This document shows, piece after piece, positions 11,173-22,800 of a DNA stretch of 64,000 bases (positions are counted from its first letter, which is position 1; the number at the start of each line of letters is the position of its first letter). The notes beneath the pieces are model-generated. The model was not told where the DNA came from and ran no database searches. It was given only the letters and a program-made list of their open reading frames with translations. The position numbers and the translations under genes are program-made. The stretch comes from Paraspadella gotoi (lineage: Eukaryota; Animalia; Chaetognatha). Location of the stretch: positions 23,086,256-23,150,255 of the forward strand of contig CM119268.1 of NCBI GenBank assembly GCA_051294375.1. Reading direction: 5' to 3'.

Positions 11173-12773
11173 AAACCATCGTTTTCAGGTTCTCTTTCTT
11201 ACTCGTTACCTTAAGACTTACGTAAGACTATAACCTCCGGTTGTAATTAAAGAGAAAAAATCAAGTTTTGCCTTCAATTAATTATTTTTCCCAAAACTCG
11301 TTTTCGGTTTTGCGTTAATTCCTTAGATTTTAACGAAAACAACAACAATAACAACAACAACAAAAACTAAACCTTCCCACACCTTGTCCGCTTCCTCCAG
11401 CTTTCCTACAGCAGCCAACAACAGCTCCATACATTTGACCACGTTGCTTTTTCCGTAGACTCTCTCCAGCAGAGAAAGGAAGGCAGCGGGCGAGTGGTTC
11501 TCTTGACACTCACCCGCTTGTCTAAAGGGAGAGAGAGGGAGAGAGAAATGAGGGGAGAGGGGAGGGAGAAAGAGAGGGGAAGAGGGAGGGAGGAGAGGGA
11601 GTTAGGGAGAGGATTGGAAAAGATTAGAAAGATTAGAGAAAGATTAAAGATAGATTAGAGAGAGATTAGAAAAAGATTTAATAGCGATTTGAGAAAGAAT
11701 AAACAAAGATTAAAAAGAGATTAAAGAAAGATTTAATAGTGATTTAAGAAAGTTTAAAGAAAGATTAAAGAGAGATTAGGGAAAGATTAAATAGAAATCG
11801 AAAATATTAAAAAAGATTAGAAAGAAATTAGAGAAAGATTTAATAATGATTTAAAAAAAAAAGAAAAAGATTAAGGATAAATTAGAGAAAAATTAAATAG
11901 CGATTTGAGAAAGAATAAAGAAAGATTAGAGAGAGATTAGCAAAAGATTAAAGAGAGATTTGAGAAAGATTATAAAAACTAGATATAAAGAGACGAGAGA
12001 AAAAGTTATAAGAGAATTATTTTATATTTACTTATCTAATATTCACTATCTGCAGCATTTCAGCATCCTTACTTGTAGCAAGAACTTGCCACAACCTTCT
12101 TACCTAACGTCAGTCTCCGCTAACCACACCATCCACTTAACGTCTTCCTTCCCAGCGACCCTCGACAGATCGACGGAGATGTGCTCCTTCATCGTCCTTC
12201 CCAAGGCCGTCGCCGACGTCTCTCGTCCGGAATCGGAGCGTGTGGACGAGCGATTGGGGGAAGAGCTGGAGGTACGGTGGGGGCGGGCGGGGCTGGTTTG
12301 AGGAAGGAGGGATGGAATGAGGAAATCAATTAGTAAATTAACTATCGGCGGAACTTAAATACCAGTTAATAGTTAATCTATAAATATTGTATTATATTTT
12401 TATAAATCGCCCGGTTTTAGCTACAATTCAGTAATAATTTTTTTTTAGGTTTGAATAAAAGGGCAAGGGATAATGATTGGGCTGATAGATAGATTAGATT
12501 AAAAAGATATTAGAGTAAAAATTAAGTTGCGATGGATTAATAATAGAAATGAGTCGGATTTCAAAAAACAGCGCCAAATATTAAATAACATTACCTTCTG
12601 CTGTTGATTCTCGTTCTGACTGATTTGACTTTCAATCCATCGCCTTGACTGTTGTTGTTGTTGTTGTTGCGATTGTCGACGTGGCCGTTGGCGTGGCCGT
12701 TGGCGTGGCCGTTGGCGTGGCCGATGGCGCTGCTGTTGGCGCTGGGCCTGCCAACTCGAACTTCGCTCTCCAT
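2729..12773 (-). CDS. Large multidomain Rab: death-fold-like x2 + SEFIR/TIR-like + acidic linker + Rab GTPase (14 exons, ~843 aa after correcting one 1-nt frameshift)
   Basis: Exons 12773-12595, 12292-12104, 11521-11383, 9646-9519, 8837-8641, 8542-8376, 7962-7785, 6106-5409, 5140-5064, 4871-4722, 4265-4124, 3517-3400, 3036-2934, 2794-2729. All introns are GT-AG except one GC-AG. All splice phases match except exon 7 (178 nt, needs 179). Confidence 0.6.
4495..4665 (-). mobile_element. tRNA-derived SINE-like repeat (copy 2), in a Rab intron
   Basis: Homologous to 1410-1590: ggcttggaaccaggcttgagggtt...gagctgatgactttactcaatgagcca. Confidence 0.65.
6115..6455. repeat. Polypurine minisatellite (~13-bp gaaaaggagaaag unit); polypyrimidine tract of the exon-8 acceptor on the minus strand
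   Basis: Visible tandem repeats directly adjacent to the ag acceptor at 6107-6108. Confidence 0.85.
9858..10070. repeat. (ATT)n microsatellite flanked by a ~45-bp direct repeat
   Basis: ttgtttataaaattgaaaatcaaggagg.atacagtgcagtttatt occurs at ~9860-9903 and ~10025-10070 on either side of about 40 ATT units. Confidence 0.85.
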
Positions 12774-13054
12774 CGTCTCTTTTTTTTTCTTTTTTTTGTT
12801 TTTTTTTCTGTTTTTGTTTTGGGCGAAGTATTTTTTTGTGCTCACTGTTTCTATCGCTGTTTCTCGTCGCTGTTTTGTTTTGTTTTTTTTAATTCGAAGT
12901 CTGCAATAAAACGAATTTCAGCTACGAGGATTCATGTTTTTTTTGGGTCGAAATTCGTTTCCTAAAAAAAAAAGAAAAAAAAAAGAGAAAAAATAAAATC
13001 GAATAAGAATATTTATTTTTCAAAGTGATTAAATATATTTATTTAATTATTCCA

Positions 13055-13195
13055 AATGTTATTATTTACTGATAAATTCATTAGTTAAGTATTCTAAATA
13101 CTTTTATTATTTACTGATAAATTCATTAGTTGATTATTTTAAATGCTTTTATTATTTACTGATAAATTCATTAGTTGATTGATTATTTCAAATGT
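13055..13195. repeat. Tandem repeat, ~45-bp unit x3
   Basis: ttattatttactgataaattcattagtt is repeated three times, upstream of the large Rab ATG. Confidence 0.8.
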
Positions 13196-13667
13196 TTTTT
13201 TTTAGTGATTTTAGTTTTGGCTGAGATTTTGAAAATAAAGGAACGACTGAAAAATTTAAGATTTAAAAAAAAAGATAAGATAAAATAAAATGAGAAAAAA
13301 TCCACGAAGCTATATTGACAAATTTGTGTGACGAAGAAACGAGGCAGAAACTAGAGAGCGAGAGAGAGACAGAGACAAAATGAAAACTAGAAAGCGAGAG
13401 AGAGACAGAGACTAAATGAAAACCGGTTCGTTTCATAATGAATCAAATCCGGTAAATGAATAGAATGAATGAAATGAATTTACACCTGAATAGAAAAAAG
13501 GAAAAAAAGAAAGAAACAAGTTTTGAGTTTCTACTTCACCTACTGATGAGAATTAATACCAGGAATCATATTTACAATTTTTGCAATTTAATAAAATATT
13601 TCGAGTAAACCAGAACAGAAATTTTGGTTCATTTATCATTTTTTTAGATTTGAGTACCTTTCTGGAA

Positions 13668-13743
<76 letters not shown>

Positions 13744-14303
13744 CAGAGATTTTATTCCAATTTATTGTTATAAAACGTAATTACAGTAAGCGTCATTTTT
13801 TAATTGAAAACGGATAATTTTTTTGAACAAAGTTCACATTTGGAATAAAATTAGGTTTTATGGTCAAAGAAAGATGAAAGAAAGAAAAAAAGAAAGTAAA
13901 AAGAAAATAATTAAATATACTTAAATGTAAATACGTCTAAAAGTTAGGTTATATCAGGTTATATCTATTTTATGACTATATCCTTCATTACCTATATCTA
14001 CATCAAAAAGCCAGGTTTTCATAACTAATGCAGGATTAAATGCAATTAGCTATCAACATTGCAATCTTAGTTTTACGCCAATCAGTTCGGATAATAAAAT
14101 TATTTTCGGCTGCGCAACAAATTGGGCGTCGAATTCAGATCATTCGTGGTTTTTCTTTTCAATTGCGGTTTTTTACTCTGAAATTTCAAAAACCCGTATA
14201 TACTATGTACAGGTGTTGTAATAATGTTTTGAAAAAATAAAATAAGGACTCGATTGATTATTCAAAAAGTCTGGTAGTGAGTGTGTGTGTGAGAGAGAGA
14301 GAA

Positions 14304-14374
<71 letters not shown>

Positions 14375-15292
14375 GAGATAGAGAGTAGAGAGAGAGAGAG
14401 AGAGGTTGGAATATTCTAGAGGTGAATTTTGTTTAAAAACTGGAATACAAAAAAAGGGAGCGAAGCAAATAAAAGCAAACAATAGAACACGGATCAGACG
14501 AAAATAAAATACTTTTTTTTGACAATGAATTAGTGATTTTGAATTCGATTAATGTACTAGGCGTTGGCAGAGTCCTTGTTGTTGTTGTTGTAAATCAAAG
14601 GCGAAAAAGAAATATTTGTGAAACTTAAAAGTAAACTAATAAACTTTAATTTTAAATTTTAAATGTTATATATCTAACAAAAATAATCAAAATGTAAAGA
14701 AATGAAAATCTACCCTAATATTAAGGATTAAAACAAACATAGAAAAGAACATTTAATACTAAAAACTTGAAAAAATAAAATCCCATCTTTATTTTGTAAA
14801 ATGTGACTTTCTGTTTTGAACAAACTGTATATTTGGTTTTTGCATTAGGGCGCGCCGTGGTTGGAAGATTGTCAAAGAAATTAACGAGTTCTTGCTTGTT
14901 TTAAAATTTGGCCCAATGATATTAGGAAAAGACAAGTCCAGGGGAAGACAAGGTCAGGTAGCAGGGAAAAAGACAAGCAATGTTAAGTAAGAAAAGTCAA
15001 GTTCGACAGAAATAATGTGTTTTTTTTTTAAATCGTTTTCTCAAAACAAATTAGTTCTTCTTTTCTTGTTTTGTTTAAAAAAAGTTTTTAAATTCCATGT
15101 CTTTTTCATGCTTTGCTTTTTTCCTTTTGCTTTTATTGTCAAATGTGGATCAAGTCTTTTCAACATTTAAGACGAATTGGTACATTTATTCTTCTGAACC
15201 CACGAGTTTAGTTAAATGAATTTAAGTCTCCTTTTGATCGACCGAGTTCAGCGAACTGAGAACAGAAATGGTTTTTTTCGGGCGACAACAGG

Positions 15293-15417
<125 letters not shown>

Positions 15418-16005
15418 TGACTCGGTCTAAAATTAGGTTACTTTTAACGACGACGACAACGACGACGACGACGACAACGGCGACTTTAAAACCAGTTGTT
15501 TTATCTTCACCTCATTTCGTAAAATATTTCACTTTTTGTTCCCAGGATTGGACAAGCAAAGAATTGAGTTTCTTCAGAATTCATTTTTACATTCTGGAAA
15601 TTGTATTTGTAAATAAAAAGAAGTATATTTTAGGTATTTTATAATTACTACATAGTATGTACAAGAGTTCAAGAGTAACAAGAGTAATAAAAGATAAAAT
15701 TTCTAAAAAAGCAAAAACTAATTTAGATTGTTGTCTTTTTAAAAACTATTTATATAAACATTGACAATTAGAATCTCAAGAACATTATTTGTTAATAATA
15801 ATTGTAGAAATAATAATAGTATTAATAATATAATTGCTCTGAAAGTTTACCATTTTCAAATTTATGAATCTGACGTTGTACGAAAAATAAATAAAATAAA
15901 TATAAAGACTAGAGTAAAATAGATTAATTCATCAAATGTCTAATAAATATTTTATTATTTTTTTACGATCGTAAAAATGGAAGTCGACGAAAAATTCTTT
16001 TCAAC

Positions 16006-16039
<34 letters not shown>

Positions 16040-16243
16040 ATCGATAGAAATGAGTTTCACATCCTCGATGAATCACGGGTTCACAGTTGGGGAAGTGAAA
16101 GAAATGTGAAGTGTAAGAGAAATGAAGTGAGAGAAAGTGGAGAAGTGTGATTCTGTCAAAAGAAAAATAATATTAATAATAACAAAAATGACAACTGAAA
16201 ACTGACAACAGACTAAACAACGACGACGAAAAACAAAAGAAAA

Positions 16244-16340
<97 letters not shown>

Positions 16341-16539
16341 AACCCATGAGAAAGCGGAAATATAGAATGAGAGACTGGCCAGTGACCAAAACTGACCCGC
16401 TGCTTTTAAGAGGTGAGTCTTGAATGAGGACAAACGATTCTCAAGTGAAGAGAGAGATCAGTGTCACTGGTGGATGTGATAAGGGTCAGTGATAAGGGCC
16501 TGTGATAAGGGGATGTGATTGGTGAGAAGAATTGATAAA

Positions 16540-16796
16540 TTCTTATCATTTGGTCATAGAACCATAACGAGTATATAAATAATGAAATGAAATGAACCAA
16601 AAAGAAATGAAATGAAATGATATGAACCCAAATGAACTAAAATGAAAATAAAAGAAAATAAAGGATATGAAATGAAATGAAATACAAAATGAATTGTAGA
16701 TCCTTCATTTATTCTCTCATTTTCATAATATGCTCTCTCTCTCTCTATCTCTTTCTCCCTCTTTATTTCTCCCTCTCTTTCTCCCTCTCCTTCATT

Positions 16797-16838
<42 letters not shown>

Positions 16839-19800
16839 TCCTCTCGTCTCTCTCTGCTCTCACACACACACAGACGCCACACATTGATGCATCTTCGATT
16901 TTCCATTCAAACTAGTTGAAGCTTCATTCATTATTCTTAGGATCGCGATGACCTCTCTCTCTCTTACTCTCTCTCTTTCGCCTCCTCTTTCCTCTCTCTC
17001 TCTCTCTTACTCTCATCTTTCTCTGTCTCTCTCTCGTCAACTTACTCTCTCATCTCCTCTCTCCTCGCATCTTCCTCATACTCTCGTCTGATCTTGGCTC
17101 TTTTGCGGGAATCACTTACTCTCTGTCTCTCTCTGTCTCATACTTCTCTCTCTATTAACTTCTTCTCTCCTCTGAGTTCGTGCGAGTGCTCTGGCTCTGA
17201 CTCTCATCGCTCATCCTCTCCCAGTTGCTCCTCCAGGATCGTCTCTCTCTCTCTCTCTCTCTCTCCCCGCTTCTAGAAGTAACGTTCGAAACCGGAAGTA
17301 ATGTCACGTGACCGGCTCCAACCAAGTGGAAACGAGATGCAGCAGCAGCAAATGCACTTGCCGCACAAGGAAAAAGCGCAGGAAGAAACGCTGCGACGAC
17401 GCAGCCATCGTTTCCGCTCTTCGACTGTTGGAGGAAAAAAAAAGTCGTTGATAGAAAGAATTTGTAGTCGTCGTGCGACGTCGTCGTCATTGTTATCATC
17501 ATTGTTTGTCATATTGACATTATCATTGTCATCGTTGATTTCGTAGTCATCATCGCACTATTGTCGTCAATTGTCAACGTCATAAATCATTTTCATTGTC
17601 ATTCTTCATCAAATCTTTTTTTTTTTGTCGCTGTCAATCAGCCGTTATAATTATCATCAATAGTTATCGATGTCATTGTTGTCTTTTGTCATTGTTTGTC
17701 ATTTTTTGTCCATTGTCGTCGTCATCGTCATCTTCATCGTCGTCTCTGTCGTCGTCGTCCGTCATCGTCGAGTGAAATCTCGAATGTTGAGTGCTGACGG
17801 AAGTGAAAGACTTTTTTTGTGAATGGAAGAGAGAGAGAGAGAGATTAGAAGCGAGAGGGAGAGAGAGAGAGATTGCGTGGGTTGTATTCATTACATCTCT
17901 TACCGGTCTCTCTGCTCTCATCTCTCTCCTCTCTCTCTCTCGTCTCTCTCAGATCGTCATCCGTCTCTCTCTCATTCATCGTCGGGAGTGAGAAGTTCCC
18001 TTCTCACCGATTGCGGGTGACGAGAGTCCCCGCGCTCTTGTCTTCATTGTCCCGTTCCCAGGTGAACCGTTCCCCTCCCTAAAGAGTGGATTGAAAGGGG
18101 CGAATCGACCTTTAATTGTAGAGATATTTACGTAAGTTAAATAAATTTAAATTTATAAACATGTGTACTTGTTTATTGGATTTAAGTCTTTCGGTTTCTG
18201 TTATGAAATTGGTACGAAAGGCACCAAATATAAAATATTCTTTTCATTCATGTATGTTACGCATTAAACTTACAAGGTTCTTTCATTTGTGAGAAGACTC
18301 AAGCAATACAAGAGTCGAAACATGTCCAATTATTTGTCGTTGTTGCCCACTTTTTTTTCCCACAATTCGAAAAGCGGGGGAGATGAGGGCCGCAACGAAA
18401 AGAGAATTAAAACACAGTGTCTACCGAATGCAAAGCGCCAAATCAAATATTTAAAAAATTAACACTGGGGTGTTCTTTGTTTCTGTTCTTTTGTCTTTGT
18501 TCTTTCTTTCCTTTTATCTTTCTTTCTCTGACGCTACTGATGGAGACGCATGAAGGGGAAGATGGAGAGTGTGGGAGAAGAGGGACATTAAGAGAGAGAG
18601 GTGTAGGGGTGGGTGGGATGTCTTGTTTGTGTGTGTTGAGGGTTGGTCTGTGGTGGTCTTTTCTTTCGTTTTGTCTTGTCTGTGTGTTCTTTTCCTTTCT
18701 TTGTTTTTTTTTTATTTTTTCTTTTTTTCTTTCTTTTTTCTTTCTTTGAGCTGTTCTTTCAACTTTCTTTCACTTACAAAAATTTTTCTCTAATCACCCA
18801 ATAAGTCATACCATATCATGCTAATATCATACAAACGTTTCATTTCAGCAGTGGGGAGTTGAGCATGGGGGCGCCAGGCGGAGGCGATGCGGCGCGTTCG
18901 TTTCAAAAATTTGCAAGGTGCAAACAGTCCATCTCAACGTACTGGCGGATGCAGTAAGTCTGCCAAGGTAGCAGATGGCACTCTGGCGGTGTTTGCACCC
19001 GAGAACTTTCCGGTTCCAAGGAGAGGAAGGAACGGATTTTTCGCCTTGAAGCTACGAAACCAGCGCAGACGATAACGAGGCGGGTCATCTTATTCTGTCT
19101 GTGTCTCTCTTCTCTCGGTTTCGGTTCGATGTCGCGTCTTGTTGGTCGGTAGTGTTCGGTCGTCTGGTGCGGTTCGGTGTGTTATATTGGTAGGGTGTTA
19201 GTGGGGGGGGTCTGTCGTAGTGTTGGTGTCGGTGGCTTCGGATCGGGGGTTATTGATGCTGGGTGCTGATTGTTCTCGGGTGGTTGGTACGTGGGTCGTT
19301 GAGGGTGTGCGCTGTGTTTTGTTTTGCTCGTCTTCATGTGTTTAGGTTCGTGAGATGGAGTTGTCAGTGTGTGTCTGGTGCGTGTGTGTCTTCTGACTAG
19401 TCCGTTGTCTCGTGCCGGTGACTGTCTTCTTCTGAGTAGTCTTAGTTTTGCGGTTCTTGATTTTCTTGTGGATTGTTATGTGTTTTTTCTTTCTTTTCTG
19501 CGAGAGATTCGGATTTTGGTTAGCTTTGACATTTGGTGGTTATTGGTTTTGAGGATGATTGCGTTGTTGTAGTCTTATCTTTCTTGTCTTAGGAGTCGTT
19601 AGAGGTCTTTCTTATGTGGAAGGAGAGAGGTAAGAGAGCTGGTGGTGTGGGGAGAGGGGGGATTCGTGGGTAATTGAGATAAGTGTGGTTGTTATCGTTT
19701 GTTTGTGGTGAGGATGATTGATTGGGTTTGTCTCTCGTCTGTATGACTTCTGGGGTCTGGTGTGGGCTTTGGTTGAGTCCGATTTCTGTTTCTTTTTTAT

Positions 19801-22800
19801 CTTGATATCACTTATGATACTTGGTCTCTGTTTCTTTCGTTGATCTTTTCTCCATATTCTTCAGTTTGCGATGTGCTCTTTTTTCTTTTTTCTTTTTTGT
19901 TCTTTTCAGATCTTTGAGCTTTTTTTTCAATATCATTTTGTTCTGCCCATTCATGATTGTTTCTTTTTTTGCTGCTCGACACACGTGAACAGGGACAGAG
20001 GATGAACTGATCTTTCGCTCTGCGCGTCGAGGGTGTCTCACTCCGTGGGGGGAGACGGGTCCGAGCTCTCGGGAACAATCGTTAGAGGTAGTTCCTTGCT
20101 TCAATACAAACGCGCATTGAGAAATTTTCCTTCACGGAGAGGTCGTTCCCTTCCACGTCGTCGCCGAACCCTCAAAGCTCCAGCATTCATTAGAGACCAA
20201 GTCAGAAAAGCGACACTGTGTTCGTTTTGGAGTTGAGCCAAGGTATAGCAAACAGCTTAATTTATAAAATGTGGTTGGTATAGGGCGGATCTCTGAGTGG
20301 GCATGGCGTAGAGAAATAAGACGACGCTTGATTGGCTTAGATTAGCCGAAGTAAGGAGACGTCCCGGAGCGGTCGCGCGCGTAAGAGGGAGTTATACCGG
20401 GGTGAACGAAGCCATGTGAGTGCTTACCACTAGGGAGCTACGGATCGGAGTGCGTGTTGGGCTTGGTGCTGGTAGAGGGTTGTGGGTTGTGTTGGTGGTG
20501 TGTGGGTTGTGTTGGAGTGTTCAGGTTGGTCTGGGTTGGGGTGGGTGTGTGTTGGTTTTGCGTATGTGTGCGGAGCGCTCGTGGTGGTGTGTGTTGGGTG
20601 GTGGTAGGGAAGCCGTTGTTTGACGGGAGTTTGGTGTGATGTGGGGTAGGGGGGTGGTGTGTGGTTGTGTTTGTTGTGGTTTTGGTTAGTGGTCTGTGTG
20701 GTGTGGTGGGACGGTGTGCGGTGTGTTGGGTTTGCGGTCGTGGTGTCGGTAGGTCTTGCTCATCGTATCCTCATCGTCGTACAAGAAATCGGGGCTTCTC
20801 TTCAGGAGGACAGCATAGGAGAGACTCGTCCAAGCCAGTCATCTTCTAGTGGTTCGGGCGGTTCGATAGCTCGCTGAGTGGTATGGGTTTCTGTGGTGTT
20901 GTGTGGGATGGTGTGCGGTGGTGGGGAGGTGCGTTTGTTACTTGCGTGTGGCTCGGTGATGTGGGTGGGTGGTTGGTGTTGTTTGTGTATTGTTGGCTGT
21001 GTTTATGCTGCGGTGGTCGAGGGACGGTTCTATCAAGCATGGTTCTGGTTTGTTTGTGGTGTTGTTTGTTGGCGTGGTGTGGGAGTTTGTGTTTTGTTGG
21101 GTGTGGGTGTGGTTGTTTCTGGTCGGGTTGTTGGTTGTTGGGTGGGTGTTTTGTGCGTGGGGCGTGTTGTTATGGTTTGGTGTTTATGCTCGTGTGGTTG
21201 GTGTGTGTGTTGTGTGTGTGGAGGTTTGTTTGTGTGAGGTTTGTGTTGTTGTGTTGAGTGGTTGGTGGTCTGTGTGGCGGTGCGTATTTTGGTTGGTTGT
21301 GTGGTTGTGGTGGTGGTGGCGTGTGGGTGTGGTGGTTGAGTTTTGTGTGTGTTGGGTTTGTTGTTTTTTTGGGGTTTGTGTGTGGTGAGAGGGTGGTTGT
21401 GGGTGGGGTGCTGTGATGGTGGGTTTATGTGGTTGTCGTGGGTTTGTGTCGGTGGTGTGGGTTCGGCTGGGTGGTTCTGCGTTCGTTGCGTCGGTCGTTT
21501 GGGTGGCTTGTTGGTGTGCGGGGTTGTTGGTTGTGTGTTGTTCGCGTGCGAGTGTATTTGTTGTTCGGTCGTTGGTGTTGTGGGTGGTTGTGTGGGTGTC
21601 GTTTGTTGTTCTTCTGTGTGGGGTGTCTGGTGTCGGTTGGTGTGGGGTTGTTGTTGGGGTTGTGTGTTTTTTTGTGGTGGTGGTGGTGTTTGGTGTGTGT
21701 TTGTTTTGTGGTCGTGTTTTCGTTTGGTGTGGTTTGGTTTTGTGTGGTGTTCCTTGTTGTGTTGGGGTGTAGGTGGGGGTTTTGTTGGTGCGTGTTTGGG
21801 TTGTTGGGTGCGTATGGTGGTTGGTGTGTGATTGGTTGCTTGTGGGTGTTGTGTTTGGGGTTGGTTGTGTTGTGTGTTGGGTTCGGGCGTGGTTGTTGTG
21901 TTTGATTGGTGTGGGTTGTGTTTTGCTGGTGTGTGGTGGTTGTGTGTTGTTGGTGGTGGCGTGTTGGTGTGGTGGTGGTTGTTGTTGTGGTTGTGTGGTG
22001 TGGGTGTGGTAGGTGTGTTTTTGGTGTCCATCAATTCCACATATCCTCCTCTCCTCACATCGAAAACGACTCCAGTACTCTAATCTTCTACTACCCTTCT
22101 CAATCTTCATTGCAACTAAGTCCTCTACGACGTAATACTGACGGAGTGCGGGTCTCTCGGCAAGTAAGAGGAAGTCAGTATAGTCCTCCCACTCAGGTCG
22201 CTCTCTCTCTCGGTCTTCTGATGCACGAACGAAACGCTCAATTGGAAAGCGCTGTCAATTCATAGGAATTTTCTAGTTGGAATTCTCGGATGCTTTAGGT
22301 ACAAGGATAAATTGGCCAAAGCGGAACAACTCTCTCTCTCGGTGAGAGTCTCGAATCGTCTCTTCTCTCTCAAGTCTTCTCAGATCCTCGTCTCGTCTCT
22401 CCAGTAACGCACGATCGAGGTATCCTCGGAGGGGCGAGACGGTCCGGCACACCGTACTGGCTCGGCTGTTGTGGTTTTTTTGTTAGTGTTTATTGTGTGT
22501 TGGGCTTTTGGTCCTCGCGTTGGTTGGTGGGGTGTGGTTTCGGTGTGTTTGTGTGGGTCAGTTTGGGGTTTGTGGATGTGTGTGGTTCGTGGGGGTTGGT
22601 GTGGTCCTATCGCTCTCGTGGGTTTTGGGTGTGGTGTTTGGTGCCGTTTGGTAGTGTCTCTCTGTCTCTCTCTCCTCTCGCTCTAAATCTAAATCAATAA
22701 AATTCGTATTAAAAACTTTAAAACTGGAACGATTAAACATCGTCCATAATATTTTAATTTTTTAATCCTTGTTTAAGCTGTAAAATTAACCATTTAACAA

